DNA of 64,000 nucleotides from a virus. Its lineage: Duplodnaviria; Caudoviricetes. This document shows positions 10,464-19,097 of this stretch, one piece after another. The stretch covers positions 1-64,000 of IMG/VR virus record IMGVR_UViG_2836755666_000018; one strand, given 5' to 3'. The notes below the pieces were generated by a model. It saw nothing but the letters and a program-made list of their open reading frames with translations. It was not told the DNA's origin and did not search any database. The translations under genes were made by a program, and so were the position numbers. The stretch's first letter is position 1; each line of letters opens with the position of its first letter.

Positions 10464-10807
10464 TTTTTTTTAGCGCCATCCAGACTGCCACAGCTAAATT
10501 GCTGAACAAACTTGAGGGCTTCAATCAATGATTGCGTGGATTTGGTAGCAATTAATTCCTCTGCGGTGGGCAATTCTTCTGTGGGTAAGGGTTGCCCTGC
10601 TTTATCGCAAATCGTTTGCAAAATCAGGTTTGCTCCCGCAATACTTGCCTGTGTGTTAGAGCCACTGTCTTGCGCCTGTTTTAACGCTTGCTCATAGGTA
10701 TCTAGCTCTGCAATGGTTAAGCGGCGTAGATAAACATCAACATCAAAAATAGCGTGTTTTTCAACATAACTATCCGGTGCTAATAAACGTGATTTAAGTG
10801 ATGACAT
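10460..10807 (-). CDS. Tail assembly chaperone G
   Basis: 115 aa ending GAKKN*, between the tail tube and tape measure genes. Confidence 0.8.
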   Translation of the reverse strand: MSSLKSRLLAPDSYVEKHAIFDVDVYLRRLTIAELDTYEQALKQAQDSGSNTQASIAGANLILQTICDKAGQPLPTEELPTAEELIATKSTQSLIEALKFVQQFSCGSLDGAKKN

Positions 10808-10817
10808 GCTATTTACC

Positions 10818-11045
10818 TTATTCTTTTTCTTCTAATGCTCTGACACGTTTGGTGAGCGCATCAAGTTCTGATGACAAATCCTTACCGGGTTCGCCTTTTT
10901 CTCCTTTATCGCCCTTATCCCCTTTTTCGGGTAAGGTATTAAGTGCTTCAAAGTTGTCATTGGTTTTACTAAAAGCATCACGTAAAGTATCACCCGTTCC
11001 ATCATCCGGTTTTGTGCCAATATTGATTTTTTTGATTTCTGCCAT
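10818..11045 (-). CDS. Small collagen-repeat tail protein (possible decoration)
   Basis: INIGTKPDDGTGDTLRDAF.K.N.NF motif, (GXY)n GDKGDKGEKGEPG, C-terminal coiled coil. Confidence 0.7.
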   Translation of the reverse strand: MAEIKKINIGTKPDDGTGDTLRDAFSKTNDNFEALNTLPEKGDKGDKGEKGEPGKDLSSELDALTKRVRALEEKE

Positions 11046-11097
11046 CAGTTTACTTTCCTCTTGGTGCTATCCGCCGTGAATTTTGTCGCATCGGCGG

Positions 11098-11382
11098 TTA
11101 AGGCTTTGGGGGTACTGTTCCCCAGGTGAGATTATTCTGTTTCCCTTTTACCGTAATTTGAATGACTTCACTTGCTGGCGCACTAATCTCATTCATCTCC
11201 CAGCCTGACAGGGCCAAGATCATCGTGGCTGTCCGTTTATTGGGTAGCTCAATATAAAGCTGAACGGTTTCTCTATTTTGTGCCAAATTTAAAAATTCAG
11301 TAAAATCTTCATTTTCGGGGTCATCGATAAAACCTAGCGTCTTTTCCGGCCCTTCCGGTAAATCGGCTATATATTGTTTGTT
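11098..11382 (-). pseudogene. Major tail tube protein, 3' part (split by satellite A)
   Basis: Reads NKQYIADLPEGPEKTLGF...VIQITVKGKQN; joins in frame to 26583-26764 to give 152 aa. Confidence 0.9.
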
Positions 11383-11455
11383 TTTATTTCAAATTATTTA
11401 TATCTATTTGAATTATATATATTTATTTATATATACAGGCATAAAAATAGCTATC

Positions 11456-11479
11456 TGCAATACACATTGCAATACACAG
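11456..11479. repeat. Putative integrase arm-type sites (tandem GCAATACACA), left end of satellite A
   Basis: TGCAATACACATTGCAATACACAG; the same doublet occurs at 26433, 32303 and 47423. Confidence 0.75.
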
Positions 11480-11535
11480 GTTTTAATCAGAAGAGAAATT
11501 TGTTTAAGATTATCCGGGGCGCTAATAAAAACCCG

Positions 11536-13203
11536 CTACACACCATCAAATGAAGCTAATCGTTCTTTCTGCTCATCGGTCAGGCTAAAGGTAAAGTCCT
11601 CATGCTCTATCTGCCATGTACCAAAGCTCATCAAAAAGGCTAAGGCGGGGTCAATTTTGTTAGCCGATTTTTTCTTGTTCGGTTTGATATTGGCGTTTGC
11701 ATCGGTTTCCATTACCACATTTGCGATCGCCCACGCTAAAACGGGGTCACCGTTATGGTGGATATTCTGACGATTAACAAAGACTTCTGCTGACTTGGCG
11801 ACAGGGCTTAAACGCATATAGGTTTGTGGGAAGGGTTCAACATCTAAACCTGCACCCTGTAATTGCGTTCTGAGATGAGTGGCATTCCATGTATCAAAGC
11901 CAATGAGCTTAATTTCAAACTGCTCACTGTCTTTGAGAATATCATCTCTGATACGGTCATAATCAATACAATCGCCTTTAGTGGTTCTCAGCCAGCCTGA
12001 CCGTACCCATTGATGATAGATTGCTCTATTTTTATTCGCTGGACTCTGTAATTGCGCTTCGGGGATATAGTGACGGCTCAATAGCAAGAGCGCATTTTCT
12101 TGTGGGAAGGTATAACAGACGCTAGTAATATCGTTTGTTGAGGATAAATCCATCCCTGCATAACAGGTTTGTCCCTTTAAATCCGTTTCCTTGTAGTCCC
12201 GTTGACAGGCAGCCCAAGCCCCTTCACCCATCCACGGCGTTTGACCCTGACACCAGATATTAAATCGTTTGGTTAACATCTCTGTCCATTGTGAGGGAAT
12301 TCCCCTTGCTTTTTTAATCGTATCGTTCAGGGCATGACTTTCTACAGAGACATTAAGATTAGGATTGGCTTTAACCCAGTTATGCTCATCATCAAGCTCA
12401 CCGTCTTCGTCTAGTTCATAAATCAGGGCAAAGAGTGATTCATTCTGCGCTTCACCGTCCAATATCTGACAACAATAATCATAGTGCTGTTTACAGGCTG
12501 AAATAACATTGCTCCCTGCGGTGGTAATGGCAAAAAGTAGTGCTTCAGGGCGTGCCCCCATCCCTAACTCAAGCGCGGAATAAACCGCATTATCAGGGTG
12601 TAAATGATACTCATCGACAATCGCCAGACTCGGATTAGTCCCTTCGATTGTTGCCGCCTTAGCTGCCAGAGGTTTTAGCAAACTGTTATTTTTAGGATAA
12701 ATTATTTTATGTTGCTGGATAGTCAGCCGTTTCTTTAGGCTAGGGGATAGCAAACACATCTGACGGGCATCATCAAAAACAATGCGTGCCTGGTCTCGAC
12801 TCACGGCTGCTGTATAAATATCCTGTTGACCCCCTTCCATGATTAAAAACCAGTTAGCCAGTATTGCAGCTAATGTAGACTTAGCGTTCTTTCTTGGCAC
12901 TTGGATATACGCACTACGATATTTTCTTCTTCCCGTGCTAACTTCTTTGAATCCTAAAATATTCGCTATAGCAAATTGCTGCCAAGGTTCTAATTGAATA
13001 GGCTTGCCTCGAAGATGTCCTTTGACATGGGGGCAGAGACTGGAAAAAGCGATAAACCGTGCTACCGTTGGCGTATCGAAGGTATAAACAGGATTATTGA
13101 GGTCATTAAAATAACGATTAACCGCCTGTTTTAAGCGTTTACAGGCCGGAATATCGCTATTTCTGACGCGCTCAGCGTATTGATGCCAATCGGTCAAGTT
13201 CAT
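11536..13203 (-). CDS. terL: Satellite A terminase large subunit
   Basis: L.PWQ.F, Walker A PRKNAKS, Walker B VDEYH, ITTAG, G.DLS, KIDP motifs. Confidence 0.93.
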   Translation of the reverse strand: MNLTDWHQYAERVRNSDIPACKRLKQAVNRYFNDLNNPVYTFDTPTVARFIAFSSLCPHVKGHLRGKPIQLEPWQQFAIANILGFKEVSTGRRKYRSAYIQVPRKNAKSTLAAILANWFLIMEGGQQDIYTAAVSRDQARIVFDDARQMCLLSPSLKKRLTIQQHKIIYPKNNSLLKPLAAKAATIEGTNPSLAIVDEYHLHPDNAVYSALELGMGARPEALLFAITTAGSNVISACKQHYDYCCQILDGEAQNESLFALIYELDEDGELDDEHNWVKANPNLNVSVESHALNDTIKKARGIPSQWTEMLTKRFNIWCQGQTPWMGEGAWAACQRDYKETDLKGQTCYAGMDLSSTNDITSVCYTFPQENALLLLSRHYIPEAQLQSPANKNRAIYHQWVRSGWLRTTKGDCIDYDRIRDDILKDSEQFEIKLIGFDTWNATHLRTQLQGAGLDVEPFPQTYMRLSPVAKSAEVFVNRQNIHHNGDPVLAWAIANVVMETDANANIKPNKKKSANKIDPALAFLMSFGTWQIEHEDFTFSLTDEQKERLASFDGV

Positions 13204-13537
13204 CTTCTTCTTGCATTTCTACCGGATTACGGCGACGTGATACGGGGTCAAAACCTAATAGTGAGGCCATTTTTATCATGGTTTTTTCTGCCTCGGCTTT
13301 TGCGCTTAGTGCGGGGTTCCTACTTTCGCTTCCCTGACTGTTGGCGATACTAAATCCGCGTTCTGCGAGGTCTGCAACGGCTTTTCGGTAAATGGAATAG
13401 TTGACGCAATACAGCTCAAAGCTACTCCAATCAGTGGGGTTCAGGTCGTTACGCTCTGCAACGAATTTTGCCTTAGCTTTCCATTCTGTAGTAGCAATCT
13501 CATCAAGATAGCTAGGGGCTTTGGGTGCTCTTGCCAT
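13172..13537 (-). CDS. terS: Satellite A terminase small subunit (P27 family)
   Basis: P..P.YL..IA..EW, NPAL, LGFDPVSR motifs. Confidence 0.9.
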   Translation of the reverse strand: MARAPKAPSYLDEIATTEWKAKAKFVAERNDLNPTDWSSFELYCVNYSIYRKAVADLAERGFSIANSQGSESRNPALSAKAEAEKTMIKMASLLGFDPVSRRRNPVEMQEEDELDRLASIR

Positions 13538-13564
13538 AATCTATTGTTTTCCTTATTGTTTTAT

Positions 13565-13652
13565 TTTCAAAAAAATTACTGCGCATAAAAATTGGATTGA
13601 CGTGCGGTCCCAGCGCAATAGGGGGTTGTCATATTTAACTCCCCCACCCCCT
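13565..13652 (-). other. Putative cos packaging region of satellite A
   Basis: GGGGGTGGGGGAG...GGGACCGCACG...TTTTTATGCGC between HNH and terS, the HK97/cf-PICI cos position; near-identical copy at about 34405-34495. Confidence 0.55.
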
Positions 13653-13777
13653 ACTTCCAAGGCTGATTCCTAAAACATTCCATTAGCTCACGGTCACGCT
13701 GAGTCAATCGTTTAACGTAGGATTTATTCGCGCTTGGCTTAACGCGTCGATAACCTTGGCTATGTCTAAGTAATCCC

Positions 13778-14248
13778 TTAATCAATTGATTTATCTGATA
13801 TTCGTCCATTAAGGTTATACTCGTGTATCCAGTCATTACGATGAGCAGCTTTTTCTTCCTGCTCACGGAACATGCCAGCTTTACGCTGTGCTTTAGTTAT
13901 TGGATCTTGCTGAATAATTTTGCGGTTATGACATCCCTGACACAATGATTGATGGTTATCTTGCCACCAGAACAGTACATCGCTATCTCCATCGATTGGG
14001 ATGATATGGTCAACGATTTTAGCGGGTGTATATATCCCCTGACTTTCGCACTTCACGCAAAGAGGATGCTCCTTCAAATAAATCAGACGATATTTAGCCC
14101 ATTGGCTGGAGTAGCCACGCTGGGTATGCGTTCCTCGTTGTTTTTCTACTCTGCGTCTGGCTGCTCGTTTATGCGCCTCGCACTTACCCGATTTCACTCG
14201 GGTACTACAGCCTGGCTCTGTACATCTTTTTAATGGTTGATACGGCAT
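13778..14248 (-). CDS. Satellite A HNH endonuclease (terminase cofactor)
   Basis: C..PGC, HPLCVKC, VDHIIP, N.QSLC..CHN.K. Confidence 0.9.
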   Translation of the reverse strand: MPYQPLKRCTEPGCSTRVKSGKCEAHKRAARRRVEKQRGTHTQRGYSSQWAKYRLIYLKEHPLCVKCESQGIYTPAKIVDHIIPIDGDSDVLFWWQDNHQSLCQGCHNRKIIQQDPITKAQRKAGMFREQEEKAAHRNDWIHEYNLNGRISDKSID

Positions 14249-14551
14249 TTAATACACTCCAATATCTCGATACACTGACCATAACGATTTAATCGTAAAG
14301 GGGACTTCTTTAAGCTCAACATCTGTTGCCATTTCCCGATTCTCATAGAGCAATCCGATATAGAGCAAACACCCAACCTTAATTGCTGGCGTGAATGTCA
14401 ATCCTTCATCAAACCGTTTGCCGATATGTTGTTGACAGGCTTCAAGTGCTGCTTCGGCATACGTGGTTAATAATTTATCATCCAGCGTAAAACTCTCTTC
14501 TAATCGACAATGCTGTTTGATTTCATTTAAAGGGATTTTTACATTAATCAA
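14249..14551 (-). CDS. Satellite A head-tail connector (gp6-like)
   Basis: L.EIKQHCRL..DD.LL..Y..AA, LYENRE motifs. Confidence 0.88.
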   Translation of the reverse strand: MINVKIPLNEIKQHCRLEESFTLDDKLLTTYAEAALEACQQHIGKRFDEGLTFTPAIKVGCLLYIGLLYENREMATDVELKEVPFTIKSLWSVYRDIGVY

Positions 14552-14882
14552 ATCGTCCTCCTCCCTTGCAAATCAATTCTAATCTTGATTGGCGTGCATC
14601 GGATAAAACAACGGCTATCTCAAATCGAGAACCCAGTGTATTAGCACCTTTATACACAATGGCGTTGTCAATCGTGATATCAGGACGATAACGCATCCAA
14701 ATCTTGACGATGGCTTGAGGATAGCGAGTACCAAAGGTTAATAACTCCTGACCGCGTAGCGCTTTTACTTCTGCCCAGACATCTTCAACATCTACCCAGG
14801 TTACTCGCTGGTCACCTAGATTACCGTATGTAATCTCTTGTTTCTGAATCGTCACACGATGTCTTAATCGTCCTGCTCTCAT
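14544..14882 (-). CDS. Satellite A head closure / head-tail adaptor
   Basis: MRAGRLRHRVTIQ, VWAEV, MRYRPDI motifs. Confidence 0.88.
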   Translation of the reverse strand: MRAGRLRHRVTIQKQEITYGNLGDQRVTWVDVEDVWAEVKALRGQELLTFGTRYPQAIVKIWMRYRPDITIDNAIVYKGANTLGSRFEIAVVLSDARQSRLELICKGGGRFD

Positions 14883-16099
14883 GCGTTGTCCTCCGCATGT
14901 TTCTTAACCTCAATATGCTGTTTCCACGCCTGACTAAATTCATCACCGCCATCACGAGGCGGTAAGCCTTCCCGTTCACGGGCTTCATTGGGGCACATCA
15001 CACCGGATTTAATCGCCGTTTCATAACTTAAGAAACGCTCTCTTGGGTTGGCTCTGAGTAAATCGGCGGTGTCAAATTCCACTTGGTAACGCATACCGGA
15101 TTGCGGAACATTAAGTAGTAGTGCCGATTTGATTTGCTGTTCGAAATTCGCTAACCAAGGGCGCATGGTAATGGTTAAAAACGCGCGGCTGGCTTCACTA
15201 AAATTACTGTAGGTACTGTTGGAATATTCTTGCAGAAAAATAGGGCTGACATTAAACATGCGGGCGATATCTTCTATCGTAAAACGGCGGGAAGCTAACC
15301 ATTCTGCATCCTGATTACTCATGCCTAATTTTTCATATCCCATTCCACCTTCAAGGATTGGCACTTTACCCGCATTTTTTGCCCCTCGATAACGTTCAAG
15401 CGCGTCAAGGGCTTTTTGCCCTTTGGCATCATTCAGCCACTCATTGGATTTAATAATCCCTGCTGCCATCATGCCATCTTTCATCACACTCGCGCCGTGG
15501 CGCTGTTGGGCTAGTCCTAAACCTAATGTCTCCCGACAAATCGTAATCGGTGAACGTCCCATAAACCCATCATCCGTGGCGTAACGTAAATGTAAGATTT
15601 CTTCTTGCAGACAGATACGGACTTGACCACTGTAGGGCTCGGTTATCGTATAACGGTAACGGTGCTCACTTAATCGTTCAGGTACAACCGCACTCGGCGG
15701 ATAAGGATGTAATGAAGCGGGCTGTCCGTCTTTACCCCATGTGATAAGCGCATAGGCATTACCATTGAGTAAGCAATGGCGCATTAGGGTTCGTTTAAAC
15801 TGGAAAGGTGTTTGACAATCATTTGGTTTTTCATTGAGCAAATAATCTACCACGTGGTTACTTAGCCATTCCCGTGATTCCATACCTTTATCATTGTGTA
15901 CCCGATATAAAAAACAGGGCATCGTCGCCACCGCTTCACTAATCACCGTAACGGCATTGATAACAGCGGGTAAGCCTTCTGCGGTGATCGGTGAGACATA
16001 TTCGCCTGACCGACTGTTAGGAATGCCAGCCAGTGACAGGAACTCATCAATACTAAAGCTGCGTTCTTCTGCCTTTTTATGTCTGAATGGCCACATCAT
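14879..16099 (-). CDS. Satellite A portal protein (HK97 family)
   Basis: LLNGNAY, EILH, G.SPI, ILEGG, IARMFNV, PNEAREREGLPP motifs. Confidence 0.92.
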   Translation of the reverse strand: MMWPFRHKKAEERSFSIDEFLSLAGIPNSRSGEYVSPITAEGLPAVINAVTVISEAVATMPCFLYRVHNDKGMESREWLSNHVVDYLLNEKPNDCQTPFQFKRTLMRHCLLNGNAYALITWGKDGQPASLHPYPPSAVVPERLSEHRYRYTITEPYSGQVRICLQEEILHLRYATDDGFMGRSPITICRETLGLGLAQQRHGASVMKDGMMAAGIIKSNEWLNDAKGQKALDALERYRGAKNAGKVPILEGGMGYEKLGMSNQDAEWLASRRFTIEDIARMFNVSPIFLQEYSNSTYSNFSEASRAFLTITMRPWLANFEQQIKSALLLNVPQSGMRYQVEFDTADLLRANPRERFLSYETAIKSGVMCPNEAREREGLPPRDGGDEFSQAWKQHIEVKKHAEDNA

Positions 16100-16650
16100 T
16101 CCACCTCGGATAATTGGAGCCACCGATGATGTAAATACGTGGGTTTGGAGCGATTAACATTGAGTGAACGCTTGGCAATTTCGACACCACTTTCAGGGTA
16201 AGCGGGTAAACTGGTGATCGTAATTTCGAGCAATTCAGCCTCAATAACCGTTCTAAGATAAGGCTTTTCGCCAATTTCCCAATGGTCTTTTATCGTCCTA
16301 AACGCAAAGCTCATGCCGGAGATATCCCCCCGTTCAACCAGTGTCAGAACATCTCGGCCTAATTGCGTATCAGGCGGGGTAAGCGCAAACCGTAACCCCG
16401 TTTCATCTTCAGCCAGTTGTAACGTACTCGACGCGGTACGCCCTAACAGGTTGGTCACGTCATGTTCAAACAGACACCTTACATCTGTCTCTTTTCCCAG
16501 ACTGTTTTTAAACGCATACGGGGCGAAGGTTTCAATAAATTCACCCCATAACAGTTGTGAGCGGCTATTCCACTTAACCGCATAGCCTGTTAGCTTTTTT
16601 TCATCAGCAGACAGGCTTGCCGTACGTATTTCAAAATCGGTTGATTTCAT
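16096..16650 (-). CDS. Satellite A prohead protease (HK97 family)
   Basis: L.GYAVKW, FEHD..LLGRT, GMSFAF, EITITSLPAYP motifs. Confidence 0.92.
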   Translation of the reverse strand: MKSTDFEIRTASLSADEKKLTGYAVKWNSRSQLLWGEFIETFAPYAFKNSLGKETDVRCLFEHDVTNLLGRTASSTLQLAEDETGLRFALTPPDTQLGRDVLTLVERGDISGMSFAFRTIKDHWEIGEKPYLRTVIEAELLEITITSLPAYPESGVEIAKRSLNVNRSKPTYLHHRWLQLSEVE

Positions 16651-16655
16651 GGATA

Positions 16656-17810
16656 TTAGCCTCCGGCTCCTTTCGCCTTGACCTCAAGCACTTTAATTGC
16701 ATTGGAATCGACTAATCCACCGCCTAGATATTTATCAGTATGGATCTTGATAAAGCCAGGCTCAGTAATATTGTCAGGCCGTGTACGTGTGCCCGTCTGA
16801 TGGTCAACAATGGTGTAACCGCGTTTAAAGTCACCGAGGGCTATCACATCATCATTCATAAATTCAAGGTAATGAACCGATAAACCCAACAGACTATCAG
16901 GATCACCCACTTGTAACCGTTCACGCCAGATATAATCACCATTGCCATTTTTCAATTTTTGTACTTTGGCAGCCGTGTTTGAGTTCATCACCCAGACGGC
17001 ATTTTTACGGTATTTATTTTTTAGCGTGAATTTCAGGTCAATCAGACTATCCGCTTCCAGCTTGGTCACTTCCTGCTTTTGCAATGTGCCAAAGCTGCGG
17101 TCTTTATCTGCTTTCGTATCACGGGGATAGGATAGAAATCCTTTTGCTTTTTTTGTGCCGTTACCACTGACTAAATCGGTTTCTTCGGTATCAACAAAGG
17201 TGTCAGCAATTTCACGGGTCAACCAGCCTAAAATATCGACATCACTAAAATCGAGGATTTCCTGAGTGGTTTTAGGATAGGCATAGACAGGAAATAACTT
17301 GATACTGACTTCTTCCAGTTTAGGGGTAGCGGTTTCGGTGCGGGCTTTGCCTTCTTCACCGTGATTGATCACGGCACCACCAACAGACACCAGTTGCTTA
17401 TATTCGTTGCTGTGAGTGGTCTTGATAGTACAGATTTTACGCATGACGGACTCATCACTGAGACGTTGCATAATCTGTTTATTTAGTTCAGGAATAACGG
17501 TATAGCCACCATCAGCCGGAACCCCAGTCGAAAGTCCGCGCGTTTCCCCTGTCAAAACATAATGCCTTAATGCATCATTTCCCTGTTCTTTTTGTACAGG
17601 CTTTGCCGCTAATGTTCTTTCTTCATCAGCAAGGCTTTCATAACGGGCAATTTCAGTATTAAGGGTTTCCGACTGATGACGCAACGCATCAAAGTTTTTA
17701 GCTTCATCTTCGGTCAGTGTTCGTTTTTCGGTTTCTGCTAAGGTCAGCATTGATCGCATTTGTGCCGTTAAATCGGCTTTTTGCTGACGTAATTCAAGTA
17801 GTCTTTTCAA
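16656..17810 (-). CDS. Satellite A major capsid protein (HK97 fold)
   Basis: Coiled-coil delta domain, DGGYTVIP, G.G...KG, W.MN, GDF..GY; probable TTG start at 17810 after a GGAG RBS. Confidence 0.93.
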   Translation of the reverse strand: MKRLLELRQQKADLTAQMRSMLTLAETEKRTLTEDEAKNFDALRHQSETLNTEIARYESLADEERTLAAKPVQKEQGNDALRHYVLTGETRGLSTGVPADGGYTVIPELNKQIMQRLSDESVMRKICTIKTTHSNEYKQLVSVGGAVINHGEEGKARTETATPKLEEVSIKLFPVYAYPKTTQEILDFSDVDILGWLTREIADTFVDTEETDLVSGNGTKKAKGFLSYPRDTKADKDRSFGTLQKQEVTKLEADSLIDLKFTLKNKYRKNAVWVMNSNTAAKVQKLKNGNGDYIWRERLQVGDPDSLLGLSVHYLEFMNDDVIALGDFKRGYTIVDHQTGTRTRPDNITEPGFIKIHTDKYLGGGLVDSNAIKVLEVKAKGAGG

Positions 17811-18244
17811 GGTTGGCTCCTGCATGCAGTGATTGTCTTAACTGAACATGCAGAAAAAAAGCAGCTAAGGGAAGGTGATATAAACCTTAACCGCTTTTAG
17901 TAACCATGAATATTTCAAAATACACCTGCATGAATCAGGAACCTCAATTTAACATGATGAAAAATAACAGGAAACAACCTCACAGGAAGGCAAAAAAGAT
18001 GAGAAAACATGAGAACCAATAATTTACGCAACTTTACATTAGTTATTTATCAAATATCATCAGCTAAAAATTTAACAGATGTTCTTATCAATTTATCATT
18101 CTCCTAGGTCACTGTTGTGATGACCTCGAAATAACCCGCTAACCCTTTGATTTACTGCAAGTGGTCAAATTGACCCCTTGCTAGAATATTCAATTCATCA
18201 AGAAAATTTCTAATGACATAGTGAGTAATCTGTTATGACTATCT

Positions 18245-18754
18245 TTATTGATTTGAATTCTGAATAAAACGATGAGTCGCGTACCCTTGTGGCTCTTCTG
18301 ATGGTATTTCATCTAAATAAAAGATAGCGTTTTCATTGATATAAATATCAAAAAATTGACACCCCTCCTTACCGTAGATGAATTTTCCTGTTCTTCTCTC
18401 AAAATGGCAGCTACCGCATGCCCATAAAATATATTTGAAAAAAGGTCTATAAACTTGAGGCATTGAATACCGTGGTGGGAAGCTTTCCACAAATCTTTTG
18501 CTTTTGGCTGGTATCATTTCGGGCTGGTAGTTCCACCAAACACTAATACGTAATTCATCATAACCCAGATCAAACCAATTAATAATTGTTCGTCTGCCAG
18601 CAATAATCAATTCACGATATCCATGTCTATTTTTTGTTCTATCATCAGCTGATCGCCCGTTCAAATCAAAGTGTCCTGATTTAATAGCTTCATTTAACGC
18701 AATAACCATCAGCTTTAAAATACACACTTGCTTTTCTGTTTTTTTCATTCGCAT
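18245..18754 (-). CDS. Satellite A cargo protein of unknown function
   Basis: 169-aa AT-rich ORF between the origin and the capsid operon; absent from satellite B. Confidence 0.6.
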   Translation of the reverse strand: MRMKKTEKQVCILKLMVIALNEAIKSGHFDLNGRSADDRTKNRHGYRELIIAGRRTIINWFDLGYDELRISVWWNYQPEMIPAKSKRFVESFPPRYSMPQVYRPFFKYILWACGSCHFERRTGKFIYGKEGCQFFDIYINENAIFYLDEIPSEEPQGYATHRFIQNSNQ

Positions 18755-18865
18755 ACCTATTATTTATTCATGCTTGGTCACCGTCGTCATGACCTATTTA
18801 ATTTATCCGATTTCCAAAATCAGTAAATTTATACAGTCAAAATACGCCCTAGCTGAAAAATTCCA

Positions 18866-18972
18866 AAAAACCTATACTACCTGTACAAACAGAAATAAAT
18901 ATATTTAATTTCAATAAGTTAACTATGTACAGGTAGATGAAAATACCCCTAAATACCACTAAGAACCTGTAC
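18866..18972. other. Putative origin of satellite A (ACCTGTA-type iterons)
   Basis: Several ACCTGTAC/GTACAGGT-like repeats around an AT-rich, IHF-like stretch directly downstream of the primase gene; related inverted copy at 24486-24596. Confidence 0.6.
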
Positions 18973-19097
18973 ACATTGATTGAGCCTAGGAACTAAGCAC
19001 CGCGTTAGAGTAGATAACATCGATTTAAAATTTAATTATCGCTCTCCTTGGACAAGGAAGGTAACCCGGAAATTTTATTTTTAGGGGATCTTAGCTT

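Noticed and set aside
11378-11770. + strand ORFs 11378-11770 and 32273-32617
   Set aside because: Antisense shadows of the terL 3' end running through the att region; conserved only because the underlying DNA is duplicated.
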